Part shown: piece by piece, positions 1 to 11,065 of the stretch
Numbering within the stretch: position 1 is the first letter of the stretch
Layout of the letters: the number at the start of each line of letters is the position of its first letter
Assembly: GCA_038231275.1 (NCBI GenBank)
Contig: JBBRLQ010000017.1
Location: 96,001 to 160,000, forward strand
Direction of reading: 5' to 3'
DNA from: Polyangiales bacterium
GTDB lineage: Bacteria > Myxococcota_A > Polyangia > Polyangiales > Polyangiaceae
Length of the DNA: 64,000 nucleotides
Notes under the pieces: model-generated
Database searches by the model: none
What the model saw: only the letters and a program-made list of their open reading frames with translations
Told to the model about the DNA's origin: nothing
Translations under genes and position numbers: made by a program

Positions 1-1173
1 TACTCCGGGGCCGGTGTCCTCCACCTCGAACCGCACTTCGTCACCGTTCGGCAGGACGCGCACCGTGACCTTCTTCACGGCGCTGTCGCTCATGTACTTC
101 GTCGCGTTGCGCAGCAAGTTCGTGAGCACCGCGCCGAGCACTCCCGTACTGCACGCGACCTTCACCGGGTCGAAGGACTCCACCGTCACCTCCGGCCCCC
201 CAACCTCCTTCGTCGAGAGCACCTCGGCCACCGTCTCGTCCAGTACGGGGCCGACGTCCGCGTCCTCGTCGGTGCTCGGCTTGCCGCCGGCGCGCGAGAA
301 CTCGAAGACGCCATCGACGAGGCTCTGCGCGCGAACGATGCACGCCTTCGCGCGGGCCAGCGCATCGGTCAATTTCGGATCGCCCTCGCTCGGACGTTTG
401 AACGCACTGAGGCAGAAGGAGAGCGCAGACAGTGGGCTGAGGAGATCGTGCGCCACACGCCGGCCGAACAGCTCGAGATCGGCGGCGCGCTGCTCGACGA
501 GGGCGTTGTGGGCTTCGAGGAGGCGACCGTGCGCCTGGAAGACTCGAAGCACCCAAAGCGTCGCGAGCACCCCGATGAAGAGCGCGGCGGCGTTCAGCGC
601 CACCGATGCGCGATCACCGCTCTCCCGAAGGTCGGCGATGTGACGTGTCTCGTCGACGGCGTGGTGGGCGTTCAGGTCCATGAGGCGATCCAGTGCTCCG
701 ATGCTGCGCCGAATCCCAGGACGTATCTCCCGATCGATGACCTCTCGGGCCCCGGCGGTGTCCTCTGCTTCCAGCCTCCCCTTCAGCCTACGACCCGCCA
801 CCTGGAGCGCCGCGATCTCCCCGGGCACGGTCGAGGAGAAGAGATCCCACTCGCCTGGGTAAAAGGGCGTCTGGTGGTAGTATTCGATCTCGCGATCGAC
901 GGCTCCCCAGCGCGATTCGAGGTCGATGAGCGTTGCTGCGCGCTCCCGGGTCGGAAGGTCCGGCAGCGCTTCGGAGCTCATCTCGATGTCACGCAGCTCG
1001 TCGCACGCGGCGTTGAGGTGCTCGAGGCTCGGCAATGAGTTGGTCAGGAGGCCGACCGTCTTGGCGTCGATCCCGAGGTTGCGCACGCTGAGGTAGACGG
1101 ACGATCCGAGGAAGCACAGCGCCACCAAGGAGAACGCCAGAACGATGTTGCGGGTGTAGCTACCGAATAGCAT
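1..1173 (-). CDS. Membrane sensor histidine kinase (HisKA + HATPase_c), 3' end runs off the left edge of the window
   Basis: Not in the ORF track (no stop in window). Manual translation from ATG 1173 gives an N-terminal TM (MLFGSYTRNIVLAFSLVALCFLG), H-box ELFGRRVAHDLLSPL, N-box LRNATKY and G1 box VRFEVEDTGPGV; GAGGAG SD upstream. Confidence 0.9.
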   Translation of the reverse strand, partial: MLFGSYTRNIVLAFSLVALCFLGSSVYLSVRNLGIDAKTVGLLTNSLPSLEHLNAACDELRDIEMSSEALPDLPTRERAATLIDLESRWGAVDREIEYYHQTPFYPGEWDLFSSTVPGEIAALQVAGRRLKGRLEAEDTAGAREVIDREIRPGIRRSIGALDRLMDLNAHHAVDETRHIADLRESGDRASVALNAAALFIGVLATLWVLRVFQAHGRLLEAHNALVEQRAADLELFGRRVAHDLLSPLSALSFCLSAFKRPSEGDPKLTDALARAKACIVRAQSLVDGVFEFSRAGGKPSTDEDADVGPVLDETVAEVLSTKEVGGPEVTVESFDPVKVACSTGVLGAVLTNLLRNATKYMSDSAVKKVTVRVLPNGDEVRFEVEDTGPGV

Positions 1174-1319
1174 GGGCTCCTCAGGACGATCCGCGACGGT
1201 GACGCCGTTCCCGGAAGGTAACGCGGCGGCAGGCAGTCGAGTCAAATCCGGTCGTTTGTTCCGCGTGTCCCGAGTGCACTCCACGCAGCGTGCCACCTAC
1301 GGGAGCTCCGCTCACGGAA

Positions 1320-1334
1320 CGGCACAGGGCTTGC
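1320..1334 (+). promoter_or_regulatory. Sigma54 -24/-12 promoter element (CGGCAC-AGGGC-TTGC)
   Basis: GG-N10-GC with near-consensus flanks; ATG 1348 follows after a 13 nt spacer. Confidence 0.65.
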
Positions 1335-1347
1335 GTTGGCGCAGAGG

Positions 1348-2517
<1,170 letters not shown>

Positions 2518-2524
2518 GCGACGC

Positions 2525-3331
2525 TCACACGCCGTAGCCGGCGAGATCCTGTCGAAGCCCAACGAGCCGCCGCGCCGCCTGTATGACCAGCGCGACGCCG
2601 TCCGTGAGGCCTTCCTTGACGAGCGGCACCTGCGTCGCGGCGAAGAGCCCTTCTTCGGTCTTCACGAGCGCGCCCAATCTTCCCGCGTGCTCCGCGACGA
2701 GCACCGCCAGACCTTGCGCCATCGCGCTGAGCGTCTTCATCTCCGCGACGATCGCCGGATCGGCGCCTGGCGACGCGAGCGCCTTGTCGACCTGGCCCTT
2801 CACCGGATCCATCGTGTCGAGATCGGCGGCGACGATCTGGAGCGCCGCGGCGGCCTCCTCGCGCAGCCGATGGACAACCTGGGTGGCTTGCCAGCACAGC
2901 GCGTACAGCAGCGTGACGGCATCGAAGAACCCGTCGTACGGCGGCGCGCCGACGCGAACGTACGCGAACGCGATCGGCGTCCCGTCTTTGGCCCTCGCGC
3001 CGACGAGGAAGTCTTGCCCCTCCTTCCCTTCGTACTTCGCGAACGACGGGTGCAAGTCGGAGAGCTTCACGTTGCCTGCGGGCGGCGCGTCGGGTCGCGC
3101 CTTCGTCATCTTCGCCGTCACCTGCGCGAGCGCGTCCCCGGCTTGCGCGAGCGCGGTCGGGAGCTCGGCGAGCGTCCCTTCGAAGTGCCTTGCTTCGATG
3201 CGCACCGCAGCATCGGCGCTCGGCGCCGGCGGAGCCACGGGCGTCGCCACCTGCGTCTCCACGCGGGGAGGCGCGCAGTGGGCCAACAGGGCGACGACGC
3301 CGAGCGCGCCGAGGCACGCGACCTTCTTCAT
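2525..3331 (-). CDS. Hypothetical lipoprotein, largely helical
   Basis: Signal peptide with lipobox-like LLAH-C; GC3-biased codons. Confidence 0.65.
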   Translation of the reverse strand: MKKVACLGALGVVALLAHCAPPRVETQVATPVAPPAPSADAAVRIEARHFEGTLAELPTALAQAGDALAQVTAKMTKARPDAPPAGNVKLSDLHPSFAKYEGKEGQDFLVGARAKDGTPIAFAYVRVGAPPYDGFFDAVTLLYALCWQATQVVHRLREEAAAALQIVAADLDTMDPVKGQVDKALASPGADPAIVAEMKTLSAMAQGLAVLVAEHAGRLGALVKTEEGLFAATQVPLVKEGLTDGVALVIQAARRLVGLRQDLAGYGV

Positions 3332-3338
3332 GGCGCCG

Positions 3339-3344
3339 ATCCTA
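3339..3344 (-). promoter_or_regulatory. Putative -10 hexamer TAGGAT of a leaderless promoter
   Basis: TANNNT, 7 nt spacer, then ATG 3331; no SD in the spacer. Confidence 0.45.
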
Positions 3345-3487
3345 TCCGCGGCGAGGGCGAATGCATCGCGTGTTCCAGGCTCTTGATACCGGAAATCGGC
3401 GTTGGCAAGGACTTGTCGGACTCCCGACAGGCCTCATTTTCATTAGTAGCCGGCGCATCCCGCGTCGGTCTTTCGAAGGAGTCGATC

Positions 3488-5482
3488 ATGCTTCCGGTTC
3501 ATGGCGCGGAGCTCGCGCTGGGTGGCGTGTCGCTCTTGCTTCTCTTCTTCGTCCTGGCGGGCGTCCGCTACATCCCCAATAGCCGCATCGGCGTGCTCGA
3601 GAAGCGCTGGAGCGCGCGCGGCTCGGTGAAGAGCGGCCTCATCGCGCTCGCGGGCGAAGCCGGCTATCAACCGGCGGTCCTGCGCGGCGGCATCCACTGG
3701 CGCATGCCCGTCCAGTACCGCGTGCACAAGATGGAGCTGGTCACCATCCCGCAGGGGAAGATCGGCTACATCTTCGCGCGCGACGGCAAACCCCTCGGCC
3801 CCACGCAGGCGCTCGCGTCGAACGTGACGGCCTCGAACTTCCAAGACGCGGCGGCCTTCCTGCTCTCGGGCGGCGAGCGCGGTCCTCAGCGGAAGATCCT
3901 GCGCGAGGGCACGTACGCGATCAACCTCGCGCTCTTCGTGGTCATCACGGAGACGCGCGTCCTCTACCTGACGATGGGCAAAGAGGAGGACCAGACGTTC
4001 CGGGCGATGGCGCAGGTCATCCACGAGCGCCAGGGCTTTTCGCCGGTCGTCATCAAAGGCGCGGACGATCTCGTCGGCGTCGTCACGGTGCACGACGGTC
4101 CGTCGCTGCCGCAAGGTGAGATCATCGCCCCCGTCGTCGGCGACGACGCGCACGACCCGCGCACCTACCACAACACGTTCCAGGATCCGGAGACGTTCCT
4201 CGCCGCCGGCGGCGCGCGCGGTCGTCAGCTTCAGGTCCTGGTCGAAGGCACCTACTACATCAACCGCCTCTTCGCGACGGCCGAGACGATCCCCAAGACG
4301 GTCGTCGAGGTCGGCAACGTGGGCGTCGTGGTGTCGTACGTCGGCGCGACCGGGGAGGATCTCTCCGGCGCCGCCTACAAGCACGGCGAGCTCGTGCAGA
4401 AGGGCATGCGCGGCGTGTGGAGCGCGCCGCTGCTCCCTGGCAAGTACGCGTTCAACACGTACGCCGGCAAGGTCATCATCGTGCCGACGACCAACTTCAT
4501 CCTGAAGTGGGTCAAGACCCAGGTGGGCGCGCATCGCTACGACGAGAACCTCGCCGAAGTGAGCCTCATCACCAAAGACGCGTTCGAGCCGAGCCTGCCG
4601 CTCAGCGTGGTCGTGCACATCGACTACCGGAAGGCTCCGCTCGTCATCCAGAGGTTCGGCGACATCAAGAAGCTCGTCGAGCAGACGCTCGATCCGATGG
4701 TGGCGGCGTACTTCAAGAACATCGGCCAGACGCGCACGCTGATCCAGCTCCTCCAGGACAGGAGCCTCATCCAGGAGCAGTCGAGCCTGGAGATGCAAGC
4801 GCGCTTTCTGCACTACAACCTCGAGCTCGAGGAGGTGCTGATCGGCACGCCCACGTCGGCCGGCGGGGACACGCACATCGACCAGATCCTGACGCAACTG
4901 CGGTCGCGTCAGATCGCCGAGGAGCAGGTCGAGACGTACGGACGTCAAGAGAAGGCGGCCAAGAAGGAGCGTGAGCTTCGCGAGGCCCAGGCGCGCGCCG
5001 AGCAGCAGACGGCGCTGACGAAGAGCGAGCTCGACATCACGGTGCAGAGCAACCTCGGTAAGGCCGAGTACCAGCGCTCCGTCCAGCAAGCGGCCCAGAT
5101 CCGCGCGCTGGCCGAGGCGAACGCCGAGAAGGCGGCCCGTCTCGGCATCGGCGACGCGATCGCCATCGAGGAGCAGGTCCGCGCCTATGGCGGCCCGAAG
5201 TACCAGGTGACGCAGCAGGTGATGACGAAATTCGCCGAGGCCATCGCCGAAGCGAAGGTCGACATCGTCCCCAAGGTCATGATGGGCGGCCACGGCGACA
5301 AGGACGGCGGCAGCCTGCTCGAGACGCTCCTCGCGCTCATGCTGTCGGACAAGATGGGCGGCGCGGAGAACGGCACCTCGCTCGGCGCGCCCGCGCGGCC
5401 GGAGGTGGAGGCGCTGAAAGCTCAGGTGAAGCAGGGGATCATGGTCAACCTTGCGTCCTTGCCCTCCGCGAAGCTTCCGTAA
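3488..5482 (+). CDS. Long SPFH/flotillin-family membrane protein with internal repeats and coiled-coil tail
   Basis: GAAGGA SD; N-terminal TM; repeated G-x-(R/A)-G...L-x-(E/P)-G-x-Y units; SPFH core (ITKDAFEP..LSVVVHID..EQTLDPMV); flotillin-like A/E/Q-rich coiled coil. Confidence 0.85.
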   Translation: MLPVHGAELALGGVSLLLLFFVLAGVRYIPNSRIGVLEKRWSARGSVKSGLIALAGEAGYQPAVLRGGIHWRMPVQYRVHKMELVTIPQGKIGYIFARDGKPLGPTQALASNVTASNFQDAAAFLLSGGERGPQRKILREGTYAINLALFVVITETRVLYLTMGKEEDQTFRAMAQVIHERQGFSPVVIKGADDLVGVVTVHDGPSLPQGEIIAPVVGDDAHDPRTYHNTFQDPETFLAAGGARGRQLQVLVEGTYYINRLFATAETIPKTVVEVGNVGVVVSYVGATGEDLSGAAYKHGELVQKGMRGVWSAPLLPGKYAFNTYAGKVIIVPTTNFILKWVKTQVGAHRYDENLAEVSLITKDAFEPSLPLSVVVHIDYRKAPLVIQRFGDIKKLVEQTLDPMVAAYFKNIGQTRTLIQLLQDRSLIQEQSSLEMQARFLHYNLELEEVLIGTPTSAGGDTHIDQILTQLRSRQIAEEQVETYGRQEKAAKKERELREAQARAEQQTALTKSELDITVQSNLGKAEYQRSVQQAAQIRALAEANAEKAARLGIGDAIAIEEQVRAYGGPKYQVTQQVMTKFAEAIAEAKVDIVPKVMMGGHGDKDGGSLLETLLALMLSDKMGGAENGTSLGAPARPEVEALKAQVKQGIMVNLASLPSAKLP

Positions 5483-5547
5483 GCGCATCGCGAAATTGGA
5501 TCCCCTAAACACGCGCAGGCCTGTAAGAATACGGGGCGGAAAGGCGA

Positions 5548-8500
5548 ATGGCCGACCCGATCGAAGAGCTGTACACGCGGTGGAAGGAGAGCCCGAAGGA
5601 CGCCGCAGCGACGCTGGCGCTCTGCGACGCCCTTCGTGGATCGGGGCGTGATCCGATCATCCAACTCGTCGGGGAGGTCGCCATTCGCGATCAGCCGGAG
5701 AACATCGCCGTCCTGATCGCGACCGCGCGGATGTACATGGAGGCACAGCGCCTTCAGGACGCCCAGACGGTGCTCGTGTCCGCGGGCAAGATCGCGCCGC
5801 GCGACGGCGGCGTTTATCGATGGCTCGGAGAGGTTCTTCTCCGCCGCGGCGACGCCGACCGCGCGGAGAAGGTCTTCGAGCGCGCGATCCAGTTCGGTGC
5901 CACCGACACCGACACCAGGCTCTGGATCGAGCGCGCGAAGGTCTTCCGGCCGATGCAGGCCAAGTCGGGCAGCCGCGCCGTCGCCGCGGAGGTCGCAAAA
6001 TCCGCGGGGCTCGCGTCGAGCCTCCCGATCGCCAAGCTCTCCGGAGACGAGCCGGAGGAGGCGCGGACGAGCCAGTTCGCCGCGGGCAAGCCGCAGCCGC
6101 CGTCGAACCGCGTAAAAATGGGGAGCCTGAACGAGAACAGCGAGGTCTTCCTCTCGCCGGATCGGCCGCCCACGCCGTTCGAGCAGAAGACGGCGCAGGC
6201 GTTCGTTCCCTACGTGAAGGAGCAGATCGACACGAAGGACGGCGCCATCATCGGCGACGACGAGACCACGCTCGCGCGGCCGTCGCCGCTATCGATGCAG
6301 CGTCCGCTCGACATGACCGCGCCGCCGCCCAAGGCGCAGCCGCCCCCGATGAAGCTGCCGGGCGGCCGCCTCGCGCCGCCGGGGCCCGGTGGACGAGCGG
6401 GTGGAGCGGGTGGAGCGATGTCGGGCGGAGGCGCGGCGTCAGGACCCGCAGCGCCGCCGTTCGGCGTGCAGATCGTCACGGGGAACGCGCAGACGACGGG
6501 GTCGTCGCCGACGGCTCCTGCCTTCGCCTCGATGCAAGCGTCTTTGCCGCCGCTGCAGCCGTCGTCCTCGCGTCCGCCGCCGCCGCTGCGTCCGCCGGTC
6601 GATCTCGGTCCGGCCCTCCCGCCCTACGTGCCGCCGCCCAACGTTCCCACGACGGCGCCGACGGCGAGCCCGTTCTCGTATGGCGTCGACGCGTCGGTGC
6701 CGGTGAAGAAGCGCACACCCGATCCGCGCGACGTGCTCGACGCGCTCCAGCTCGCGGGGATCTTCGAGCCGGAAGGGGCGCAGGCGGCGGCGCCTGCGTG
6801 GGACCGCGGCGAAAAGAGGCCGAGGCGCCTGAAGAACACGATCTCCCTCGTCCTCATGACGTGCGCGCTCGCAGGCGGCGGATGGGGGATTTACCGGTAC
6901 ATCGGCGACAGCCGCGCGAAGCAGCACGATCTCGCCGAGCAGATCCTCGTGAAGGTCGAGGCCGATCTCCACGCCGCGCGACCTGGCGCGCTGGGCACGA
7001 CGGAGCAGCAGATCGGGCGCGCGTTCGATCTCGACTCACGCTCGCCGCGCGCGGCGGTGGACTGGCTGCACGAGCGCGCGCTGCTCGGGCTCATGAAGGG
7101 GGGCGCGGACGTCGCGTTCGAGGACGCGATCACCCGCGCGCGCGAGGTGAAGGTCCCGGAGGATCATGTCGCGTTCGCGCTGCTCGCGTCGTTCCTGTTC
7201 CAGGGGGACACGGCGGGCGCGGCGGCGCTGATGCCGAAATGGGACGGCCCGTCCGCGAACGATCCCTGGTACCAGCTTGTCGCCGGCGCGACGCTAGAGC
7301 GCGCGGGTGCGCCGCGGGCGGCCGAGCGGTACGCAGCCGCAGCGAAGCTGGATCCGCAGCTCCTCGTCGCGGAGGCGATGCTCGCGCGCGCAGTCGCGAT
7401 CGACGGCGACGCGCAGAAGGCGGGCGACCTCGCGCGCGCGTTCCGGCAGAAGTATCCCGATCGCGCCGAAGGCGTCGCGCTCGTGGCGTTGGCGTGGGGG
7501 CGTGACGCGTCGCGCGGGAGCGACGAGCCGACCGAGGTCGCCGATACCATCGCGCACGCCGCCGAGCTGCCCGCGTCGCTCGCGTTCGTGCCGCACGCCG
7601 TGCTCGCCCTACGGGCGATCGACAAGCACGCGCCCGCCGACGCGAAGGCCCACGTCGAGAAGGGGCTCGCGGTCGCCGACGGGCCGGGCGTCGCGTCGTG
7701 GCTCGGCTCGATCGCGATCGACAGCGGCGACGAGCAGCTCGCGCGCAAAGCGGCGCTCACAGCGGTCGGATTCTCCGCGCTGTACGCGCCGGCGCGGGTG
7801 CTCGCCGCGCGCGTGGCCCTCCTCGGCGATCGGCTCGACGAAGCGATGAAGGCGACCGAGGAGCTCGACGCCGCGTCTCCCGACGTCGCGGTCGTCCGCG
7901 CCGCCGTCGCCTACGAGAAGGTGGACGCCGACGGCCTCGAGCGCGCGTTCAAGGCGCTGCCCGACGACGTGCGGAAGCTGCCGTTCTTGGCGCCGCTCGG
8001 CTACTCGAACGACGTGCTCTTCGGCCGCCTCCAGCTCGCGCCGGAGAAGCTCGTCGGGATCTCGGACGACGAAGCGCCGTGGTCCGATCTGCTCGCGATG
8101 GACATGGCGCTCGACGCGGGCGATCTCGACTCCGCACAAAAAATCGCGGCGTCGTGGAAGGGCTCGGAGCGCCGCCCCCTCCGTGCCCTCCGCCTCGCGC
8201 GCCTCTCGCGTTACACCGCGCGCCTCGACGACGCCGACGCGCTGAGCGAGGTCGCGATCACGCAGGGAACCGTGACGGTCCGCAGTCTCGCCGAGCGCGT
8301 CTACGTGCTGGTCGCGCGCGGAAAGAGCAGCGAGGTCGGCCCGCTCCTCGCGAAGTACCCGCTCGTCCTCGGCCAAGCGCTGACGACGTGGCTCAACGCG
8401 TACGCGACGGCAGCGGGCGGAAAGGTGGACGATGCGCGCGGAAAGATCGCGCAGCTCGATCCGCTGCCGACGACGAGCCCCCTCCCCGTACGGACGATCT

Positions 8501-8667
8501 GCGCGATGGCGTTCGGCGCGACGCGCGACCGACGGCGCGGGGGCGAGTACGTGAAGACGATCCTCGGGCCGGGCCTCGGGAATCCCGATCTTGGGGCCGC
8601 AGCGATGGCGCTCGGCGGCCACAAGACCGAGAGGCCGGGGAAGCCGACGCTGTACCAAGGGCCGTAG
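5548..8667 (+). CDS. Large TPR-repeat membrane protein (N-terminal TPRs, Pro-rich linker, TM, C-terminal TPR solenoid)
   Basis: TPR-like helices (YRWLGEVLLRRGDADRAEKVFERA), long P/G/S-rich linker, single TM (ISLVLMTCALAGGGWGIY), Ala-rich repeats. Confidence 0.75.
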   Translation: MADPIEELYTRWKESPKDAAATLALCDALRGSGRDPIIQLVGEVAIRDQPENIAVLIATARMYMEAQRLQDAQTVLVSAGKIAPRDGGVYRWLGEVLLRRGDADRAEKVFERAIQFGATDTDTRLWIERAKVFRPMQAKSGSRAVAAEVAKSAGLASSLPIAKLSGDEPEEARTSQFAAGKPQPPSNRVKMGSLNENSEVFLSPDRPPTPFEQKTAQAFVPYVKEQIDTKDGAIIGDDETTLARPSPLSMQRPLDMTAPPPKAQPPPMKLPGGRLAPPGPGGRAGGAGGAMSGGGAASGPAAPPFGVQIVTGNAQTTGSSPTAPAFASMQASLPPLQPSSSRPPPPLRPPVDLGPALPPYVPPPNVPTTAPTASPFSYGVDASVPVKKRTPDPRDVLDALQLAGIFEPEGAQAAAPAWDRGEKRPRRLKNTISLVLMTCALAGGGWGIYRYIGDSRAKQHDLAEQILVKVEADLHAARPGALGTTEQQIGRAFDLDSRSPRAAVDWLHERALLGLMKGGADVAFEDAITRAREVKVPEDHVAFALLASFLFQGDTAGAAALMPKWDGPSANDPWYQLVAGATLERAGAPRAAERYAAAAKLDPQLLVAEAMLARAVAIDGDAQKAGDLARAFRQKYPDRAEGVALVALAWGRDASRGSDEPTEVADTIAHAAELPASLAFVPHAVLALRAIDKHAPADAKAHVEKGLAVADGPGVASWLGSIAIDSGDEQLARKAALTAVGFSALYAPARVLAARVALLGDRLDEAMKATEELDAASPDVAVVRAAVAYEKVDADGLERAFKALPDDVRKLPFLAPLGYSNDVLFGRLQLAPEKLVGISDDEAPWSDLLAMDMALDAGDLDSAQKIAASWKGSERRPLRALRLARLSRYTARLDDADALSEVAITQGTVTVRSLAERVYVLVARGKSSEVGPLLAKYPLVLGQALTTWLNAYATAAGGKVDDARGKIAQLDPLPTTSPLPVRTICAMAFGATRDRRRGGEYVKTILGPGLGNPDLGAAAMALGGHKTERPGKPTLYQGP

Positions 8668-8779
8668 CCGCATCGCGAGCAGGGTCTGAAATCCCACCGT
8701 CGTGGCGGCGATGTCGGTGATGTGCCACCGTGCGCCGTCGCCGCCGCGCGCGGGTCGGCGAATGCATTGGCAGACCGCG

Positions 8780-8794
8780 CGGCATGGCGGTTGC
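8780..8794 (+). promoter_or_regulatory. Sigma54 -24/-12 element (CGGCAT-GGCGG-TTGC)
   Basis: GG-N10-GC; ATG 8807 follows after 12 nt. Confidence 0.55.
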
Positions 8795-8806
8795 GTTGGG
8801 CGCTGC

Positions 8807-9181
8807 ATGCGCTTTCGTTGGCTTTGGGTCGCGTCGTTCGTCTTCCTCCTCGTCGCGGCGTGCAATGGGGGAGACGGATCGCAGTGCTCGGGGTCGAGGC
8901 CGGTGTGCCCGAGGTCCTGCCCGACGCCTCACACCGAGGGCGCGTATTGCGCCGCCGGGCTGTGGCAGTGCGATCACGACGACCCCGTCAAAGTTTGTCT
9001 CGGCTGCGCGGGCGCCTTGGTGGCCACGCTGCACGCGTGCGACGTCTCGCGGGAATGCCCCGTCCACTCGTGCGCCAAAGACGACGCGAGCTGCCTCGAC
9101 GCCCTCTGCGGCAAGGGGACCGTCGACGGCGGGCACGACGACGCCGGGCGTAGCGACGCGGGAGACGCGGCACCGGAGTGA
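8807..9181 (+). CDS. Small Cys-rich lipoprotein
   Basis: MRFRWLWVASFVFLLVAA-C lipobox; many Cys; DAG-type tail typical of myxobacterial lipoproteins. Confidence 0.65.
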   Translation: MRFRWLWVASFVFLLVAACNGGDGSQCSGSRPVCPRSCPTPHTEGAYCAAGLWQCDHDDPVKVCLGCAGALVATLHACDVSRECPVHSCAKDDASCLDALCGKGTVDGGHDDAGRSDAGDAAPE

Positions 9182-9351
9182 TCCCGCCGAGACGGGCGTT
9201 CAGAAGACCGCGCCGACCGCGAGCTCGGTGAAGCCGGGGCCCGAGGGGATGGTCACGAGCTCCACGCGAGCGAGTGCGCGGCGTTCAAGGGCAGCGTAGC
9301 CGGTGCGTTCACGCGCGGGCATCGCCGTAGTGTGCCGAATTGTTTCTCCGC

Positions 9352-9906
9352 TCAGCGCCGTCGACCGCCCGGGGGCGGGGGCCGGTTGAGGGAGCCTCCG
9401 CGCCCCGTCGGCGGATCGGCCGGCCAGAACGGCTCGAGCACGAGGACGAGATCGCTCTTCGGCTGCACGTCCGGTACGCGCCCCGCTTCTCCGAACGCGA
9501 GGCGCCACGGCACGAACACGCGCCGCTTTCCGCCTGCCCGCATTCCGACGAGGCCGCGCTCGAACCCGCAGATCGTCCGCGTGCTGCCCAGCACGATCTC
9601 GACCGGCGGGCCTCCCGCGCGCGTGTCGTGGAGGGGCGCGCCGGCGGACGACGACGCCACGTAGTGCACGCGCACCGTGTCGCCCGGTCCAATCTCCCGC
9701 CCGATCCCCTCCGCGAGCTCTTCGAACCGAAGCCCGGCGTCGGTCTGCCCCACCGGCGCGCAAGGCTCCGCCTCGAGCCACGGATCGTCGGTGCGCGCGT
9801 CAGCCGCCTGCGTCGTCGCAGGAAATCCCGGCCCACCACACGCAAAGGCGCCAACGGCCAGCGCCACGAGCGCCGCGCGCGCGCCCGACGCCGAGGCCAC
9901 GCGCAT
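9352..9906 (-). CDS. FKBP-type peptidyl-prolyl isomerase-like lipoprotein (degenerate active site)
   Basis: Lipobox AFA-C; GDTVRVHY..ICGFERGLVGMRAGGKRRVFVPWRLAFG..PKSDLVLVLE; ATG overlaps the pilT stop (TGATG). Confidence 0.8.
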   Translation of the reverse strand: MRVASASGARAALVALAVGAFACGGPGFPATTQAADARTDDPWLEAEPCAPVGQTDAGLRFEELAEGIGREIGPGDTVRVHYVASSSAGAPLHDTRAGGPPVEIVLGSTRTICGFERGLVGMRAGGKRRVFVPWRLAFGEAGRVPDVQPKSDLVLVLEPFWPADPPTGRGGSLNRPPPPGGRRR

Positions 9907-11045
9907 CAACGCGGCCCGCTCGGCGCGGTTCCTCGCTCCTTCGACGCCATCGGCACGATCGAGCGCTGCTCGACCATCATCCGCAGCTCCTCGGGCTCGA
10001 TCGAGCGCCCCAGCCCCTCCTCCAGGGTGATCAGCCGCCGCGAATACAGCGTATAGAGCGCTTGGTTGAGCGTCTGCATGCCGTGCTTGTCCTGGCCCAT
10101 CTGCATCTGCGAGTAGAGCTGGTGGACCTTGCCTTCGCGGATCAGGTTGCGAATGGCCGCGTTCGGCACGAGCACCTCGAGCGCGAGCGCGCGTCCCGGT
10201 CCGCCGGCGCGCGGCAAGAGTTGCTGCGTGATGACGCCCTGGAGGACGAACGAGAGCTTCGCGCGGATCTGCTCCTGCTGGTGCGGCGGGAACGAGTCGA
10301 TGATGCGGTTGATCGTCGAGATGGCGCTGTTGGTGTGCAGCGTCGCGAAGACGAGGTGACCGGTCTCGCTGATCGTCAGCGCCGCTTCCATCGTCTCGAT
10401 GTCGCGCATTTCTCCGATGAGCACGACGTCGGGATCCTGACGCAGGACGTACTTGAGCGCGCCCTTGAACGTCGACGTGTCCGTGCCGATCTCGCGCTGG
10501 TTCACGACGCACAGCTTGTGCGGGTGCAAGTACTCGATCGGATCCTCGATCGTCATGATGTGGCAGCGCTGCTCGCTGTTGATCTTGTCGATCATGGACG
10601 CGAGCGTCGTGCTCTTGCCGCTGCCGGTCGGTCCGGTCACGAGGACGAGGCCGTTGGGCTTGGTGCACAATTCGGCGCAAATCGGCGGCAATCCAAGCTC
10701 GTCGAAGCTCAAGATCTTGAACGGGATCGTACGAAACGCGCCCGCGACGGCGCCGCGCTGCATGTAGATGTTCGCGCGGAAACGCGACAGGTTCTTCACG
10801 CCGAAGGACAGATCGAGCTCGTTGGTCTTTTCGAATTCGATCTTCTGGTCTTCGGTGAGGATCGAGTAGCAGAGCTGCTTGCTGTCCACCGGCGAGAGCG
10901 GCGGCAGCTTGAGCGGCACGATGTCGCCGTCGATGCGGAGGAGCGGCGGCGTGCCGGTCGTGATGTGCATGTCGCTCGCACCCTTCTCGATCATCGCTTT
11001 GAGAAGCTGGTGCAGATTGACTTGGAGGCCGGCCGGCTGGGTCAT
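9906..11045 (-). CDS. pilT: Type IV pilus retraction ATPase PilT
   Basis: GASDMHITTG, GPTGSGKSTT, TIEDPIEY, LRQDPDVVLIGEMRD, TGHLVFATLHT, AIRNLIRE, GMQTL. Confidence 0.96.
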   Translation of the reverse strand: MTQPAGLQVNLHQLLKAMIEKGASDMHITTGTPPLLRIDGDIVPLKLPPLSPVDSKQLCYSILTEDQKIEFEKTNELDLSFGVKNLSRFRANIYMQRGAVAGAFRTIPFKILSFDELGLPPICAELCTKPNGLVLVTGPTGSGKSTTLASMIDKINSEQRCHIMTIEDPIEYLHPHKLCVVNQREIGTDTSTFKGALKYVLRQDPDVVLIGEMRDIETMEAALTISETGHLVFATLHTNSAISTINRIIDSFPPHQQEQIRAKLSFVLQGVITQQLLPRAGGPGRALALEVLVPNAAIRNLIREGKVHQLYSQMQMGQDKHGMQTLNQALYTLYSRRLITLEEGLGRSIEPEELRMMVEQRSIVPMASKERGTAPSGPR

Positions 11046-11065
11046 GTTTCTTTCTCTTGCTTCAC

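Noticed and set aside
3363..3377. Sigma54-like TGGAAC-ACGCG-ATGC on the minus strand
   Set aside because: Spacing is right but the -12 is weaker, and a TAGGAT leaderless signal already explains the gene; kept out of the main set.
2687..3487. Long N-terminal extensions in the ORF track for the SPFH protein, PilT, the 13448 kinase, TPR-PEGA, CDF, PdxA and others, suggesting fusions
   Set aside because: The extensions overlap other genes and lack protein-like composition; better starts with an SD, -10 or coupling exist downstream.
9200..9322. 40 aa ORF downstream of FKBP whose tail (PGFTELAVGAVF) loosely recalls a Uma2-type nuclease C-terminus
   Set aside because: Too short and the similarity too weak to support without a search.
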